The notes beneath the pieces were generated by a model. It did not search any database, was not told where the DNA came from, and saw only the letters and a list, made by a program, of their open reading frames with translations. A stretch of DNA of 64,000 nucleotides from Campylobacterales bacterium (GTDB lineage: Bacteria > Campylobacterota > Campylobacteria > Campylobacterales > SZUA-545), in NCBI GenBank assembly GCA_050297855.1, contig JBNKTC010000009.1, positions 9,221-73,220 of the forward strand, in the 5' to 3' direction. Position 1 is the stretch's first letter. Every line of letters begins with the position of its first letter. Made by a program: the position numbers and the translations under genes. Positions 29,043 through 38,371 of the stretch are shown here, one piece after another.

Positions 29043-29507
29043 TTACTCTTTTTCGGCCCACTCGCGGAGTTTGCGTTTGAGCTTTTTCTCCACCTTCTCG
29101 CCGATCTCCTGCCACTCGGCCGCATCCTCGCTCAGCTCCTCGTCCTCGGCCCACTCTTTCATCTTGCGCATCACCTTCTTCTCGACCTTCTGGCCGATCT
29201 CATCCCACTCCTTTTCCTTCTGTTTCTGGGCGGCTGTCTTACACTTGATCTTGTGGCTGCCGCCCCAGACCATCAGAAAGCCCAGCACAAACCCAAAGTC
29301 ATACCATGCGCCGTTGTTGTAGACGGCATAGACCGCCACCTGGTCGTCAAAAAGCGAAATGACAAAGGCGATCACCGCGATCATTCCGTGCCAGAGCCCG
29401 TACCAGAAGCCTACGGGCATCACCTCATCACTGAGGGTATAGTCGACAGTGTCGGCACAGCCGCTGATAAAGAAAAGAGCAAAAAGCGAGAGTAATAGTA
29501 CGCGCAT
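29043..29507 (-). CDS. Small lipoprotein/membrane protein with tandem charged C-terminal repeat
   Basis: Lipobox FFISGC, two or three hydrophobic helices, and a C-terminus that repeats EW.EIG.KVEKK..RK..EWAE twice. Confidence 0.7.
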   Translation of the reverse strand: MRVLLLSLFALFFISGCADTVDYTLSDEVMPVGFWYGLWHGMIAVIAFVISLFDDQVAVYAVYNNGAWYDFGFVLGFLMVWGGSHKIKCKTAAQKQKEKEWDEIGQKVEKKVMRKMKEWAEDEELSEDAAEWQEIGEKVEKKLKRKLREWAEKE

Positions 29508-29613
29508 GGTGTCCCCTTTTTAGATGGCTTACAATAAGCACAGCTTATCATATCCGGGGATAAAAACAAGCTGTAAGTTTTTTTGTTTACACTTTCACAA
29601 ATGAAGGAGTCCC

Positions 29614-30447
29614 ATGCCAAAGTCCATACTGATCACCGGATGCTCCGAGGGGGGCATCGGCTACGCCGCAGCCCATGCGCTGAGAGCACGCGGCTACCGC
29701 GTCTTTGCCACCGCCAGGCAGCCGGAAGATGTCAAGCAGCTTGCCAATGAAGGCTTTGAAGCCTACCGCCTCGACGTCACGGACTACGAAAGTATGGACA
29801 CTGCATTAACCGCTATTTTGGAAAAGACGGGCGGGACACTCGACGCCCTCTTTAACAACGCAGGCTACGGCCAGCCCGGAGCAGTCGAAGACATCCCGAC
29901 GGACGCCCTGCGGGCACAGTTCGAGACCAACCTCTTCGGCCTGCATGAGCTCACCCGCCGCGTCATCCCCGTCATGCGGGCCCAGGGACACGGGCGCATC
30001 ATCCAGCACTCCTCGGTGCTGGGTATTATTTCGCTGCGCTTCCGGGGTGCCTACAACGCCAGTAAATACGCCATCGAAGGGCTGGCGGACACCCTGAGAC
30101 TGGAGCTGATGGGCACGGATATCTTCGTCTCGACCCTCAATACCGGCCCGATCATCTCACGCTTCCGAGAAAACGCCACGAAGAAGTTCCTCGAGAGCGT
30201 GGACATCGAAGGCTCCGTCCACAAAGAGGAGTATAAAAGTGAGGTACTCAGACGCCAGGAGACAAAAGAGGAGATCAACTGGGTCAACCGCACCCCCGAC
30301 GCAGTCATCAAGCGCGTGACCCACGCCCTGGAAGCCAGCCGCCCCAGACCCCGCTACTACATCACCCCGGCGACCTATCTGCTGGGGACATTTAAACGGA
30401 TACTATCTACCAAGCTGCTGGACCGGCTGCTTCGCACAGTTCAGTAA
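29614..30447 (+). CDS. Short-chain dehydrogenase/reductase (SDR)
   Basis: ILITGCSEGGIGYA, NNAG, YNASKYAIEG catalytic Y..xK. Confidence 0.88.
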   Translation: MPKSILITGCSEGGIGYAAAHALRARGYRVFATARQPEDVKQLANEGFEAYRLDVTDYESMDTALTAILEKTGGTLDALFNNAGYGQPGAVEDIPTDALRAQFETNLFGLHELTRRVIPVMRAQGHGRIIQHSSVLGIISLRFRGAYNASKYAIEGLADTLRLELMGTDIFVSTLNTGPIISRFRENATKKFLESVDIEGSVHKEEYKSEVLRRQETKEEINWVNRTPDAVIKRVTHALEASRPRPRYYITPATYLLGTFKRILSTKLLDRLLRTVQ

Positions 30448-30533
30448 AAACTCATTTTTTTCTAATAAAAAGTAGCGCTGATTAATCGTTGTTATGATAA
30501 ATTTGTTCAAAACCGTTTGACAAAGGGGAAATC

Positions 30534-31463
30534 ATGGCTGATTCAAAATATAGACTGGTTACGCGAAGCGATATGGACGGGCTTGTCTGCGCGGTCCTTT
30601 TAAAAGAGCTGGACATCATCGACCAGATCGATTTTGTCCACCCGAAGGATATGCAGGACAGCAAGATCGAGATCGGTCCGAGGGATATTACGACCAACCT
30701 CCCCTACGTCGAGGGGGTCCACCTCGCCTTTGACCACCACCTGAGCGAAACGATCCGGAACGAAAAGCGGGACAACCACATCATCCTCCCCGATGCCCCT
30801 TCCGCGGCACGGGTCGTCTACGACTACTACGGCGGCAGGGAGCGTTTCCCGGCGCGCTTTGACGAGATGATGGCCTTCGTGGACAAGGCCGACTCGGCGC
30901 AGTTTAACGAAGCGGAGGTGCTTAACCCCAAAGGGTGGGACCTGCTGAGCTTTATCATGGATGCCCGGACCGGGCTGGGACGCTTTCGCGACTTCCGCAT
31001 CGCCAACTACCAGCTGATGATGGAGCTGATCGACTACTGCAAGAACCATACGATCGACGAGATCATGGAGCTTCCCGATGTCAAAGAGCGGGTCGACCTC
31101 TATATGGACCACCAGGAGAAGTTCAAAGAGCAGTTAAAACGCTGCAGTACGGTCCACGGTAACCTGGTCGTCCTCGACCTGCGAAACGAAGCAACGATCT
31201 ATGCGGGGAACCGCTTTATGATCTACGCCCTTTTCCCCCAATGTAATATCTCTATCCACGTACTGTGGGGCTTCAAACAGCAAAACACCGTCTTTGCCAC
31301 GGGTAACTCGATCCTTAACCGCTCCTCCAACACCAACGTGGGTGAACTGATGCTGAAGTACGGCGGCGGCGGACACCAGAACGCCGGGACCTGCCAGATC
31401 GACAACGACAAAGCCGAAGCAGTCCTGGGCGAGCTGATCCAAGCGATCACGGCCAACGGCTGA
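30534..31463 (+). CDS. DHH-family phosphoesterase-like protein
   Basis: TRSDMDGLVCAVLL (DxD-like), LAFDHH (DHH motif), C-terminal GGGGHQNAG (DHHA1-like GGGH). Confidence 0.7.
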   Translation: MADSKYRLVTRSDMDGLVCAVLLKELDIIDQIDFVHPKDMQDSKIEIGPRDITTNLPYVEGVHLAFDHHLSETIRNEKRDNHIILPDAPSAARVVYDYYGGRERFPARFDEMMAFVDKADSAQFNEAEVLNPKGWDLLSFIMDARTGLGRFRDFRIANYQLMMELIDYCKNHTIDEIMELPDVKERVDLYMDHQEKFKEQLKRCSTVHGNLVVLDLRNEATIYAGNRFMIYALFPQCNISIHVLWGFKQQNTVFATGNSILNRSSNTNVGELMLKYGGGGHQNAGTCQIDNDKAEAVLGELIQAITANG

Positions 31464-31464
31464 T
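31444..31464. repeat. Direct repeat copy 1 (CGATCACGGCCAACGGCTGAT), includes the DHH gene stop
   Basis: 20/21 identical to 32208..32228. Encodes ...ITANG* of the DHH gene. Confidence 0.9.
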
Positions 31465-31491
31465 TTCCTTTACGAGGAGAAGAGGAACGGT

Positions 31492-32133
31492 TTATCCAAT
31501 CGGTTCTTCTCCCCTTCTTCCATCCACTTGACGCCGGAACAATGCATAAATATACGGTCTCTCCAACCCGGACGGGTGAACAAAGAGATACTCCTCACTC
31601 TCCACCAGGAAGAAATCATCCCCCAGGCGTACCTGCATCTCCTCGACTGAATAGCGGTGGACATCTAGTCCGGCACACTGTGAAGCACCGCTGTCAGGAT
31701 ATTCAGCCAGCAGAACATATCCACCCTTTTTGACCGAGCGACGCACATTCTCGAAATATGCCGTAATATCCGCCTCCTCCAAAAGAAAGTGCAAGACCGC
31801 ACGATCGACCCAGAGATCCGCACGATACCGACGCGGCAGCGGCCGGGCGATATTGTGGAGCAGCCGTTCGTATCTCCCGCCGCCCAGCCGCGCATCCAGC
31901 CGATCCAAAGCCCGGTCGCTGATGTCATTAAGGATCAGATACGCACCGGATTTTGCCAATCGGTCCGCAAGCATCGAGGTACCCGCCCCGGGAATGAATA
32001 CGGTAGACCCGGAAGCAAGGCCGCACCGGTCGATAAACTTCATTGTCTGTGACGTATCCGCTTCATACCACCCCAGCGCCTTATCGTCCGTTGCGGCGAA
32101 TATGTTATTCCAGTGCTCCTGCGCTTGTGCCAT
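31492..32133 (-). CDS. Class I SAM-dependent methyltransferase
   Basis: 213 aa. VFIPGAGTSMLADRL (motif I), LNDIS, VLHFL. It is the only gene between the two 21-bp repeats. Confidence 0.8.
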   Translation of the reverse strand: MAQAQEHWNNIFAATDDKALGWYEADTSQTMKFIDRCGLASGSTVFIPGAGTSMLADRLAKSGAYLILNDISDRALDRLDARLGGGRYERLLHNIARPLPRRYRADLWVDRAVLHFLLEEADITAYFENVRRSVKKGGYVLLAEYPDSGASQCAGLDVHRYSVEEMQVRLGDDFFLVESEEYLFVHPSGLERPYIYALFRRQVDGRRGEEPIG

Positions 32134-32207
32134 TGCTCTTCTTCCGACTCTCCCGTCATTTTGTTTTGATTATAGTACAGCGCAGGCAATAGTCTCTTAA
32201 ATCGAAA

Positions 32208-32228
32208 CGATCACGGCCAACGGTTGAT
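32208..32228. repeat. Direct repeat copy 2 (CGATCACGGCCAACGGTTGAT)
   Basis: Intergenic. It keeps the ITANG-stop reading of copy 1 with one synonymous-type change (GGC to GGT). Confidence 0.9.
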
Positions 32229-32242
32229 CATTCATGCAACAA

Positions 32243-32276
32243 GGGGAGAAAGGAAATACATCCATACCTTCTCCCC
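32243..32276. terminator. Strong hairpin between repeat copy 2 and the lipoprotein gene stop
   Basis: GGGGAGAAAGG-(13 nt)-CCTTCTCCCC, about 10 bp with one bulge. It lies 15 nt after repeat copy 2 and 9 nt from the stop of the minus-strand lipoprotein gene. Confidence 0.55.
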
Positions 32277-32284
32277 TCCTCATG

Positions 32285-33529
32285 TTAATTGGAGAGATCC
32301 GGCCGCAGGGTACATCCTTTACCATAGATACTGCCGCTGTCACCATCTTGGGACCAGTAAGTATTGCTCAATGTACCGTTGGCAAGGTCTATCGAACCGC
32401 TCACCGTCGCCCCGTTGCTTACCTGAAGACTCAAAGTGCCGCCTGACGCGGTACCTGTGAGAGAATACTCTTTATTCTCCTCCAGGTCATGAATCCGTCC
32501 GGTCGCCGTCCCGTCGGCATCCACATCCATTGTAAAGACGCCGGCGACGTATCCGCTCACATTATAATAACCGCTAAAGCGGTAGGCCGCACTGGGACTC
32601 CCCCCGACACGCTCGGCACTAAAGCTTCCGCTGGAATCACCGCTGAAACTTCCGGACATATGATCCGTCGTATCGAGCGATGCGTTTGAGACATTGATCG
32701 TTCCTTCCACCCCATATGGACTGTATATGGTACCGCTGAAGGAGATAAACGCACTGCCAAGGTTCAGGGAACCCGACGTGATCTCCACCCAGCTGCCGCT
32801 TCCGGGACCGCTTGTCGACCAGGAGCCACCGTAAACGCTACTGCCATCGGGCATAATCAATATTCCCCATGAACCGGCAGTTCCGTCACTGGCTGAAAAG
32901 GTTCCTACATATCCCCCACTATACGCACACTGCAGCGTTTCGGTAAAGTGGGTCTGCGCAGTGGTAGCCGTCGGCAGTGATGCCACCCCTGAAGTGAGCA
33001 CACCCATCGTCGTCAGCGAATCGATAATGGCAGATGCATTGGCATCTGTCCCGAAATCGCCGACCGCACTGCCGGTCCCCGCGGAGAAGTCGGGTGTATT
33101 CCACGCTGCTGCCGCCGCCCGGACTGTTTCGTTAATATCGATCCCATTCGAGGGATCACCGTCACTGTCCAGAGCCATTAGGAGGCGAATCCGGTTCAAA
33201 ACGCCATTATTGTTCAGACTGGTAGCATTGGCCAGCTGCAGCGGGGTTACCGTAGGCGAGCCTGTGGTTTTCCCCAGCGTGAGGTTGCCATCCCCTATGG
33301 TGTAGGTCAGGACTTCACCGCTTAGATACTGGAAGGAACCTCCTGCGCCCGTGATACCCTGGCTGCCTTTATTACCACTATAGGCAACACCTTTTACCCC
33401 GTTGTCAAGCAGGTATCCGGTCAGGGTGGTTGAGCCGCCACCTCCCCCGCTGCTGCTACTGCCGCACCCTGCAACCATTAATATCGACACAAAAACTACG
33501 GAAACTTTCATAAGATCATATGTTCTCAT
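32285..33529 (-). CDS. Gly/Ser/Thr-rich secreted lipoprotein
   Basis: Track ORF 32285..33562. I prefer the start MRTYDL at 33529 (AAGGAG RBS, 6-nt spacer). Lipobox MVAGCGSSSSGGGGGS. The mature part is beta-rich with G/S/T-rich composition. Confidence 0.75.
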   Translation of the reverse strand: MRTYDLMKVSVVFVSILMVAGCGSSSSGGGGGSTTLTGYLLDNGVKGVAYSGNKGSQGITGAGGSFQYLSGEVLTYTIGDGNLTLGKTTGSPTVTPLQLANATSLNNNGVLNRIRLLMALDSDGDPSNGIDINETVRAAAAAWNTPDFSAGTGSAVGDFGTDANASAIIDSLTTMGVLTSGVASLPTATTAQTHFTETLQCAYSGGYVGTFSASDGTAGSWGILIMPDGSSVYGGSWSTSGPGSGSWVEITSGSLNLGSAFISFSGTIYSPYGVEGTINVSNASLDTTDHMSGSFSGDSSGSFSAERVGGSPSAAYRFSGYYNVSGYVAGVFTMDVDADGTATGRIHDLEENKEYSLTGTASGGTLSLQVSNGATVSGSIDLANGTLSNTYWSQDGDSGSIYGKGCTLRPDLSN

Positions 33530-33705
33530 GACTACTCCTTTTTTAGTGTTGAGACCATTCATTGTAAGTCGTTATGCTCCCCTTGTCAAGGGCACGTTCA
33601 TAAGATATTTATGCACCTTGCTCACCTGCTATCCTCTTTTTTCCAGTAAAAAGATGTATCATATTCCAGGATTTTCTGACAACAGCTTATGGGAAAAGGG
33701 AATGG

Positions 33706-34662
33706 ATGAAGCACTACCGGGGTATCCGAAAAAAACTCATCCGGCATATCGACGCATTCCTCGAGACCGGGGAGAAGGTCGAAAACCTCCGGGACATCTG
33801 GTATAAGTTCAAAGGCGACATCGAACCCCTTAAGAATATGCCTGATGACAAGTGGGATATCTACGTCAACCACCTCATCGGTGAATACCTCTACGAACGT
33901 TTTTTAGACGGTGACATCGATATCTACACCCGGCTCAATATCATCACCAAGGGCCTCAGCAACGACAAGCACGACTACAATACCCCCATCGTCCTTTTTG
34001 CCGAAAAACCGACCCGCAGCACCGACACCCTGGCAGACGCCCTGCTTTGCGGCATCTACAACAGCACCGGGCAGATCCCCTCTTTCGAGTCGGTCAACGT
34101 CGCCCGCTACCTCGACCGCACGGCAAAGCACAACGAAGCCTACCTCATCGCCATCACCGACTACGATCCGTCCGGCGACAGCATCTTCCACTCCCTGGCC
34201 GAGAAGGTCGAAGCCGACCTGAAGCTGATCAACCCCGAAACCCGTTTCACCGCCGTGCATATCGTCTTCGGGGAGGATTATGAGGATATCGTCTCCCACT
34301 ACCCCACCTATACCCTCAGCACCAATAAAAACAACCAGCTCAACCAGGCCTGGATCAAGGTCGGTCATACCCTGGGCGTGGAGCTCAACGTCGTGGAGAA
34401 CAAAGCCGAACTTTTGGAAAACGCCATCCTCGACTTCGTCGCCCCCGAAATCGCCGAGGAGCTGAGCAGGCACCGGTGGAAAAAGCATAAAGAGGAAGAG
34501 CTCCTCTCCACCGACGAACGCTACCTGGAACTCAACAGAAAACTCAAAAAACGGATGGCTAAGATCAAGGCGGAGGTTGAGTCTATGGAAACTGTATTCG
34601 ATGCGAAGTGGTCCCCCCCGATCGATGCCGACGGGGTGCGGGATATGACGCGGGAGAAATAA
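33706..34662 (+). CDS. Topo-VIA/Spo11-type Toprim-domain protein (orphan)
   Basis: 318 aa. VLFAEKPT (Toprim Glu), then about 60 aa later AYLIAITDYDPSGDSIF (DxD...G) and LGVELNVV. Order and spacing match my memory of the TopoVI-A / DUF2220 (JetD C-terminal) Toprim pattern. C-terminal charged coiled coil. Confidence 0.55.
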   Translation: MKHYRGIRKKLIRHIDAFLETGEKVENLRDIWYKFKGDIEPLKNMPDDKWDIYVNHLIGEYLYERFLDGDIDIYTRLNIITKGLSNDKHDYNTPIVLFAEKPTRSTDTLADALLCGIYNSTGQIPSFESVNVARYLDRTAKHNEAYLIAITDYDPSGDSIFHSLAEKVEADLKLINPETRFTAVHIVFGEDYEDIVSHYPTYTLSTNKNNQLNQAWIKVGHTLGVELNVVENKAELLENAILDFVAPEIAEELSRHRWKKHKEEELLSTDERYLELNRKLKKRMAKIKAEVESMETVFDAKWSPPIDADGVRDMTREK

Positions 34663-34684
34663 AAGAGCCGTACCGGATTATCTT

Positions 34685-36898
34685 TTATGAGCTGATGCTC
34701 TCCGTATCCATGACGACACGCTCCCGGGATCGGCCGGATGCTTCGTCCCCCAACGATACCACGACCCGGTTTCGCCCCCTCTCCTTGGCCTCGTACAGTG
34801 CCTTATCCGCACGTTCGACTATGCTTTCGGGGGAATCGTCCGTACGATAGGTGCTCACCCCGAAACTGCAGCTCTTGTGCCCGACCTTTGAAAAGTCGTG
34901 CTCTTCGACGGCTGTTCGGAGTTTTTCGGCCATCAGCCCGGCATGGTGAAGATCCGTTTCCGGACATATGACCAAAAACTCTTCCCCTCCCCATCGGCCG
35001 ACGGTATCGGATTCACGGATATTCCGGGTAAAGATCGTCGCCAGCTCCTGCAGCACCTTGTCCCCGGCCTGGTGGCCGTAGGTATCGTTGACGCTTTTGA
35101 ACTTGTCCATATCCATCATAATCACCGACAGGCCTCCCGTATAGCGGTGAGCCTGGTGCACCTCATATTCGATCACCTCATCCAGCTTCATCCGGTTATA
35201 AAGCCCCGTCAGACGGTCCGTTACTGCAAGCTCTTCGACATGTTTTTTATCGGAGATGTCCTGGCGTATCGCCGTATACCCGACTTTATGTCCATTCTCA
35301 TCCCAAAGCGGGGAGATGGTGGCGTATACCCAGTAGGAAGTACCGTCTTTTCTAAGGTTCTTCATCTCCCCCTCCCAAGGAATGTTATGTGTAATCGCAT
35401 CCCACAATTCCGTAAATAGTGCTTTATCCGTATCCGGGTGACGGACTAGACTGTGCTTTTCCCCCAGCAGTTCCTCTTTGGTATAGCCGCTGATTTCGCA
35501 GAAAGCCTGGGAGACGGATGTGATATTTCCATTTACATCGGTTGACGAGACAATGACATACCGGTCAATCAACTCGGCATACCGCTCCTGGAGGTATTCG
35601 AGTTTTTTCCGCTCCGTGATATCCTGTACGGTTCCGTTGACAAAGACCGGCGTATCGCCTTCGTATTTGGCAGTCCCGTTTTCCAGGACATACTTTATCC
35701 GGCCGTCGTGCATTTTAAGACGGTGGGTGATGTGATAGGGCTGCTTTGTCTGCAGTGCCGTCTCAAAAGCGTGCTTGACCGATGCCACGTCTTCCGGGTG
35801 AATGGCATCCAGGAAACCTTCATACGTCGGTTCGATCTGGGATGCATCCTTTTCAAAAATTCGGTAGATCTCGGCAGACCATGTCAGCTCGTTGGTTTTC
35901 ATGTCAAGCGTCCAGCTTCCTACCTTGGCGATATGCTGGGCCTCATCGAGGGAACGGTTGACGCATTCGAGTTTTTCATAGGCTTTTTGTAAAAGATGTG
36001 TCCGTTCGTCGATAATGGACTGCATCGCATTAAATTCATCCATCATCGTTTTAAACTCGTCTTTGCAGCATGTTTTGGAAAGATCGAAGTGAAGTGTGTG
36101 GTCACGGCTTTGCCTGATCTTGTTGGTCATATAGGAGATGATGCGGATAATCCGTTTATGCAATATGATAATGATCAGCAGATTGACGGCAATAAACAAC
36201 CCGATGATATACCCCAGAAGCATTTCATTGTGCCGCAGGGACTTTTGAGCCTCTCTGACCTGATCGCCCGTACGGTTGTCCAACATCAACATAAATTCAT
36301 CGATCGGCTGCATGATCTTCTGTTTGGCCATATGATACTCTCCCGAATGGAGCAAGGCGATCGCTGCCTGCTGATCACGTTTCGCCGCTTTTGTATAGCT
36401 GCCGTAGAGATCTTTGGTACGCCCGGCCATAAGAGAAAATGCTTTCTCTTCGAGTTTGACCAGCTCATCGGAATTGAGATGGGAGAGGTGAAGCTTTTGG
36501 CGCTCCACGCTGGAAAAGGGCAGATGCTCTATGATCTTCTCCAGGGGAAGAGGCTTCCCATCCGGGTGCAGCGTAGAACGCAACGGCTCCATGTAGTCCC
36601 AGTAAATGTCCTCATAGTTCTTTGGTCTTGGCACATTGCCGTTACGGATGTCGAGAACCCTGTAGTAGTCGTTTTTATAGCGTTCATCGCCCGTAACGAC
36701 ATAAGTCCGTGCCATACGTGTCAGGTCGTCAGAACTCTGTTGAAGACCTTGGGCGACCCGGTTCATTTTATAGCGCTCTTTTTCAACCGCGCTTAATCGG
36801 TCCGCTATCTGAATATTCTGTTGGTGGATCAGGCCGATCAATGAAATCAGAAGAATCTCAATTACGGTAAATAGGGAAAATAAGGTTTTAATCTTCAA
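34685..36898 (-). CDS. Sensor diguanylate cyclase: TM - extracytoplasmic helical sensor - TM - 2x PAS - GGDEF
   Basis: 737 aa. TM1 FTVIEILLISLIGLI, TM2 LLGYIIGLFIAVNLLIIIIL, two PAS/PAC-like segments (...WTLDMKTNELTWSAEIYRIF...; ...NGNITSVSQAFCEISGYTKEELLG...), then DRLTGLYNR...MDMDKFKSVNDTYGHQAGD...RWGGEEFLVICPET. Confidence 0.9.
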   Translation of the reverse strand: MKIKTLFSLFTVIEILLISLIGLIHQQNIQIADRLSAVEKERYKMNRVAQGLQQSSDDLTRMARTYVVTGDERYKNDYYRVLDIRNGNVPRPKNYEDIYWDYMEPLRSTLHPDGKPLPLEKIIEHLPFSSVERQKLHLSHLNSDELVKLEEKAFSLMAGRTKDLYGSYTKAAKRDQQAAIALLHSGEYHMAKQKIMQPIDEFMLMLDNRTGDQVREAQKSLRHNEMLLGYIIGLFIAVNLLIIIILHKRIIRIISYMTNKIRQSRDHTLHFDLSKTCCKDEFKTMMDEFNAMQSIIDERTHLLQKAYEKLECVNRSLDEAQHIAKVGSWTLDMKTNELTWSAEIYRIFEKDASQIEPTYEGFLDAIHPEDVASVKHAFETALQTKQPYHITHRLKMHDGRIKYVLENGTAKYEGDTPVFVNGTVQDITERKKLEYLQERYAELIDRYVIVSSTDVNGNITSVSQAFCEISGYTKEELLGEKHSLVRHPDTDKALFTELWDAITHNIPWEGEMKNLRKDGTSYWVYATISPLWDENGHKVGYTAIRQDISDKKHVEELAVTDRLTGLYNRMKLDEVIEYEVHQAHRYTGGLSVIMMDMDKFKSVNDTYGHQAGDKVLQELATIFTRNIRESDTVGRWGGEEFLVICPETDLHHAGLMAEKLRTAVEEHDFSKVGHKSCSFGVSTYRTDDSPESIVERADKALYEAKERGRNRVVVSLGDEASGRSRERVVMDTESISS

Positions 36899-37032
36899 AT
36901 AACATCCTTTAAAAATCAGGACTGGAAAAAGGACTCTCGCTATAGGTTATTATACGGAAACTATATCCATTATCATCAAACCATGCTTACGTCTAATTAA
37001 TTTTTAATATTTAATGCTGTTGAGAGATTTGA

Positions 37033-37057
37033 AATAAAGGGAGAAATCCCTTTTATT
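37033..37057 (+). terminator. Terminator-like hairpin in the porin gene leader
   Basis: AATAAAGGGA-gaaa-TCCCTTTTATT (10-bp stem, one bulge, GNRA-type loop, T-rich tail), about 58 nt upstream of the porin ATG. No upstream + strand gene for it to terminate. Coordinates not anchored by an ORF; could be off by 1. Confidence 0.4.
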
Positions 37058-37114
37058 ACAGGATACAGTGCATCATCCGATATAAAAAAAATACTACACT
37101 AAGGAATATTTTTG

Positions 37115-38371
37115 ATGAATAATCTTTCACGGACCCTTCTTCTTGTAACGCTTCTGATAAACGGGGCAGATGCCATGGACATGGCAACAGGCAAGCTTGA
37201 AGGTGATATTAGGGCACAATATTACAGTGAGACGACGGAAGGGTATACAGATGCCGCAAATGTCAAGCATGACCCGGAACCTGCCCTTGGCATGTCGGGG
37301 ATCGGCATCAACCTCGTCACGACACTTGATTCCGGTACGGGGGTACAGGTGGAGCTGGGTGCGGGCATGGCGATACCGACGTCAGAGACGAATAGCACCG
37401 ATGCCGGTTCGAATGCTTTCGGCAGGGTAAACGACGCCGGTGACGGGTCGGAGATGTATACGACCCTGACCCGGGCAAACGTATCGGCTGCATCATATTG
37501 CGGTTTTTTTAAGATCGGGTACCAGGAGCTGGATACCCCGATGGCGGGCAGCGATGACGTCAGGCTCGTACCCAACAGCTTCCTGGCAGCGACAGCCGGC
37601 CATACCGGCATTAAAAACGTCGCGTTGGTCGCGACCTATATCTCGCAGATGGCCGGGCTTGTGGACGGGAATGCGGACCATGCCGAGCGGTACAGTTCGA
37701 TGGCGGCACAGACGGTCGGCTCCACCTATCTTGATGGCAATACTACGACCGACGTAGAGGAGATACCGGTGCTAGCCGTAGCCGCCATCTATGAGAACGA
37801 GGAGCAGGCGTTTAACTGGCAGGTGTGGCAATATATGATGGCCGAACCGGTCCCCGGTATGGGCGCCGTCACGTCGGGATATGCCGATACCTCCATCGGG
37901 ATGGGACCGATGACGCTTTCAGCCCAATATATCACCTTCGATACCGAGCAGTGGTCAAATACTGCAGCGGGTCTCATGGCAGAGTTCAGCTTCGGGGCGT
38001 TTGGGATGAGTGCCGCGGCCAACACCTACATGTTTGAGGACAACGGTGCCGGATCGGTGCAGACGCCGCTTTATTACGCCTGGGGCGGATACCCCGAGTA
38101 TGTTGCCGGAGAAGAGGTCGATGCCAGCGGCGCAGACTGGGATAATGGCTCCAGTTATATGGTCTCCATGGCATACGACGAACCGGGCTTTTTGAACGCA
38201 TCGGCTACCTACCTCTCCTATTCGGATGTATACGATGTGGTCGACCTGATCGTAGGATATGAGGGGGAACATACCCATATCAATATGGTCTACGAGATGG
38301 TTACCGTAGCCGACAACAAAGTAGAAGGAAACTATGCCGTAGGCAAGGTACACCTCTCCTACCACTTCTAA
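37115..38371 (+). CDS. Outer-membrane beta-barrel porin-like protein
   Basis: Signal peptide LLLVTLLINGADA, alternating-hydrophobicity G/A/T/Y-rich sequence, and a C-terminal ...VHLSYHF ending in Phe as in OMP barrels. Confidence 0.7.
   Translation: MNNLSRTLLLVTLLINGADAMDMATGKLEGDIRAQYYSETTEGYTDAANVKHDPEPALGMSGIGINLVTTLDSGTGVQVELGAGMAIPTSETNSTDAGSNAFGRVNDAGDGSEMYTTLTRANVSAASYCGFFKIGYQELDTPMAGSDDVRLVPNSFLAATAGHTGIKNVALVATYISQMAGLVDGNADHAERYSSMAAQTVGSTYLDGNTTTDVEEIPVLAVAAIYENEEQAFNWQVWQYMMAEPVPGMGAVTSGYADTSIGMGPMTLSAQYITFDTEQWSNTAAGLMAEFSFGAFGMSAAANTYMFEDNGAGSVQTPLYYAWGGYPEYVAGEEVDASGADWDNGSSYMVSMAYDEPGFLNASATYLSYSDVYDVVDLIVGYEGEHTHINMVYEMVTVADNKVEGNYAVGKVHLSYHF

Noticed and set aside
33402-33806. 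134-aa + strand ORF spanning the lipoprotein start and the Toprim-like gene start.
   Set aside because: It overlaps two better-supported genes and an intergenic promoter region. It has no motif.
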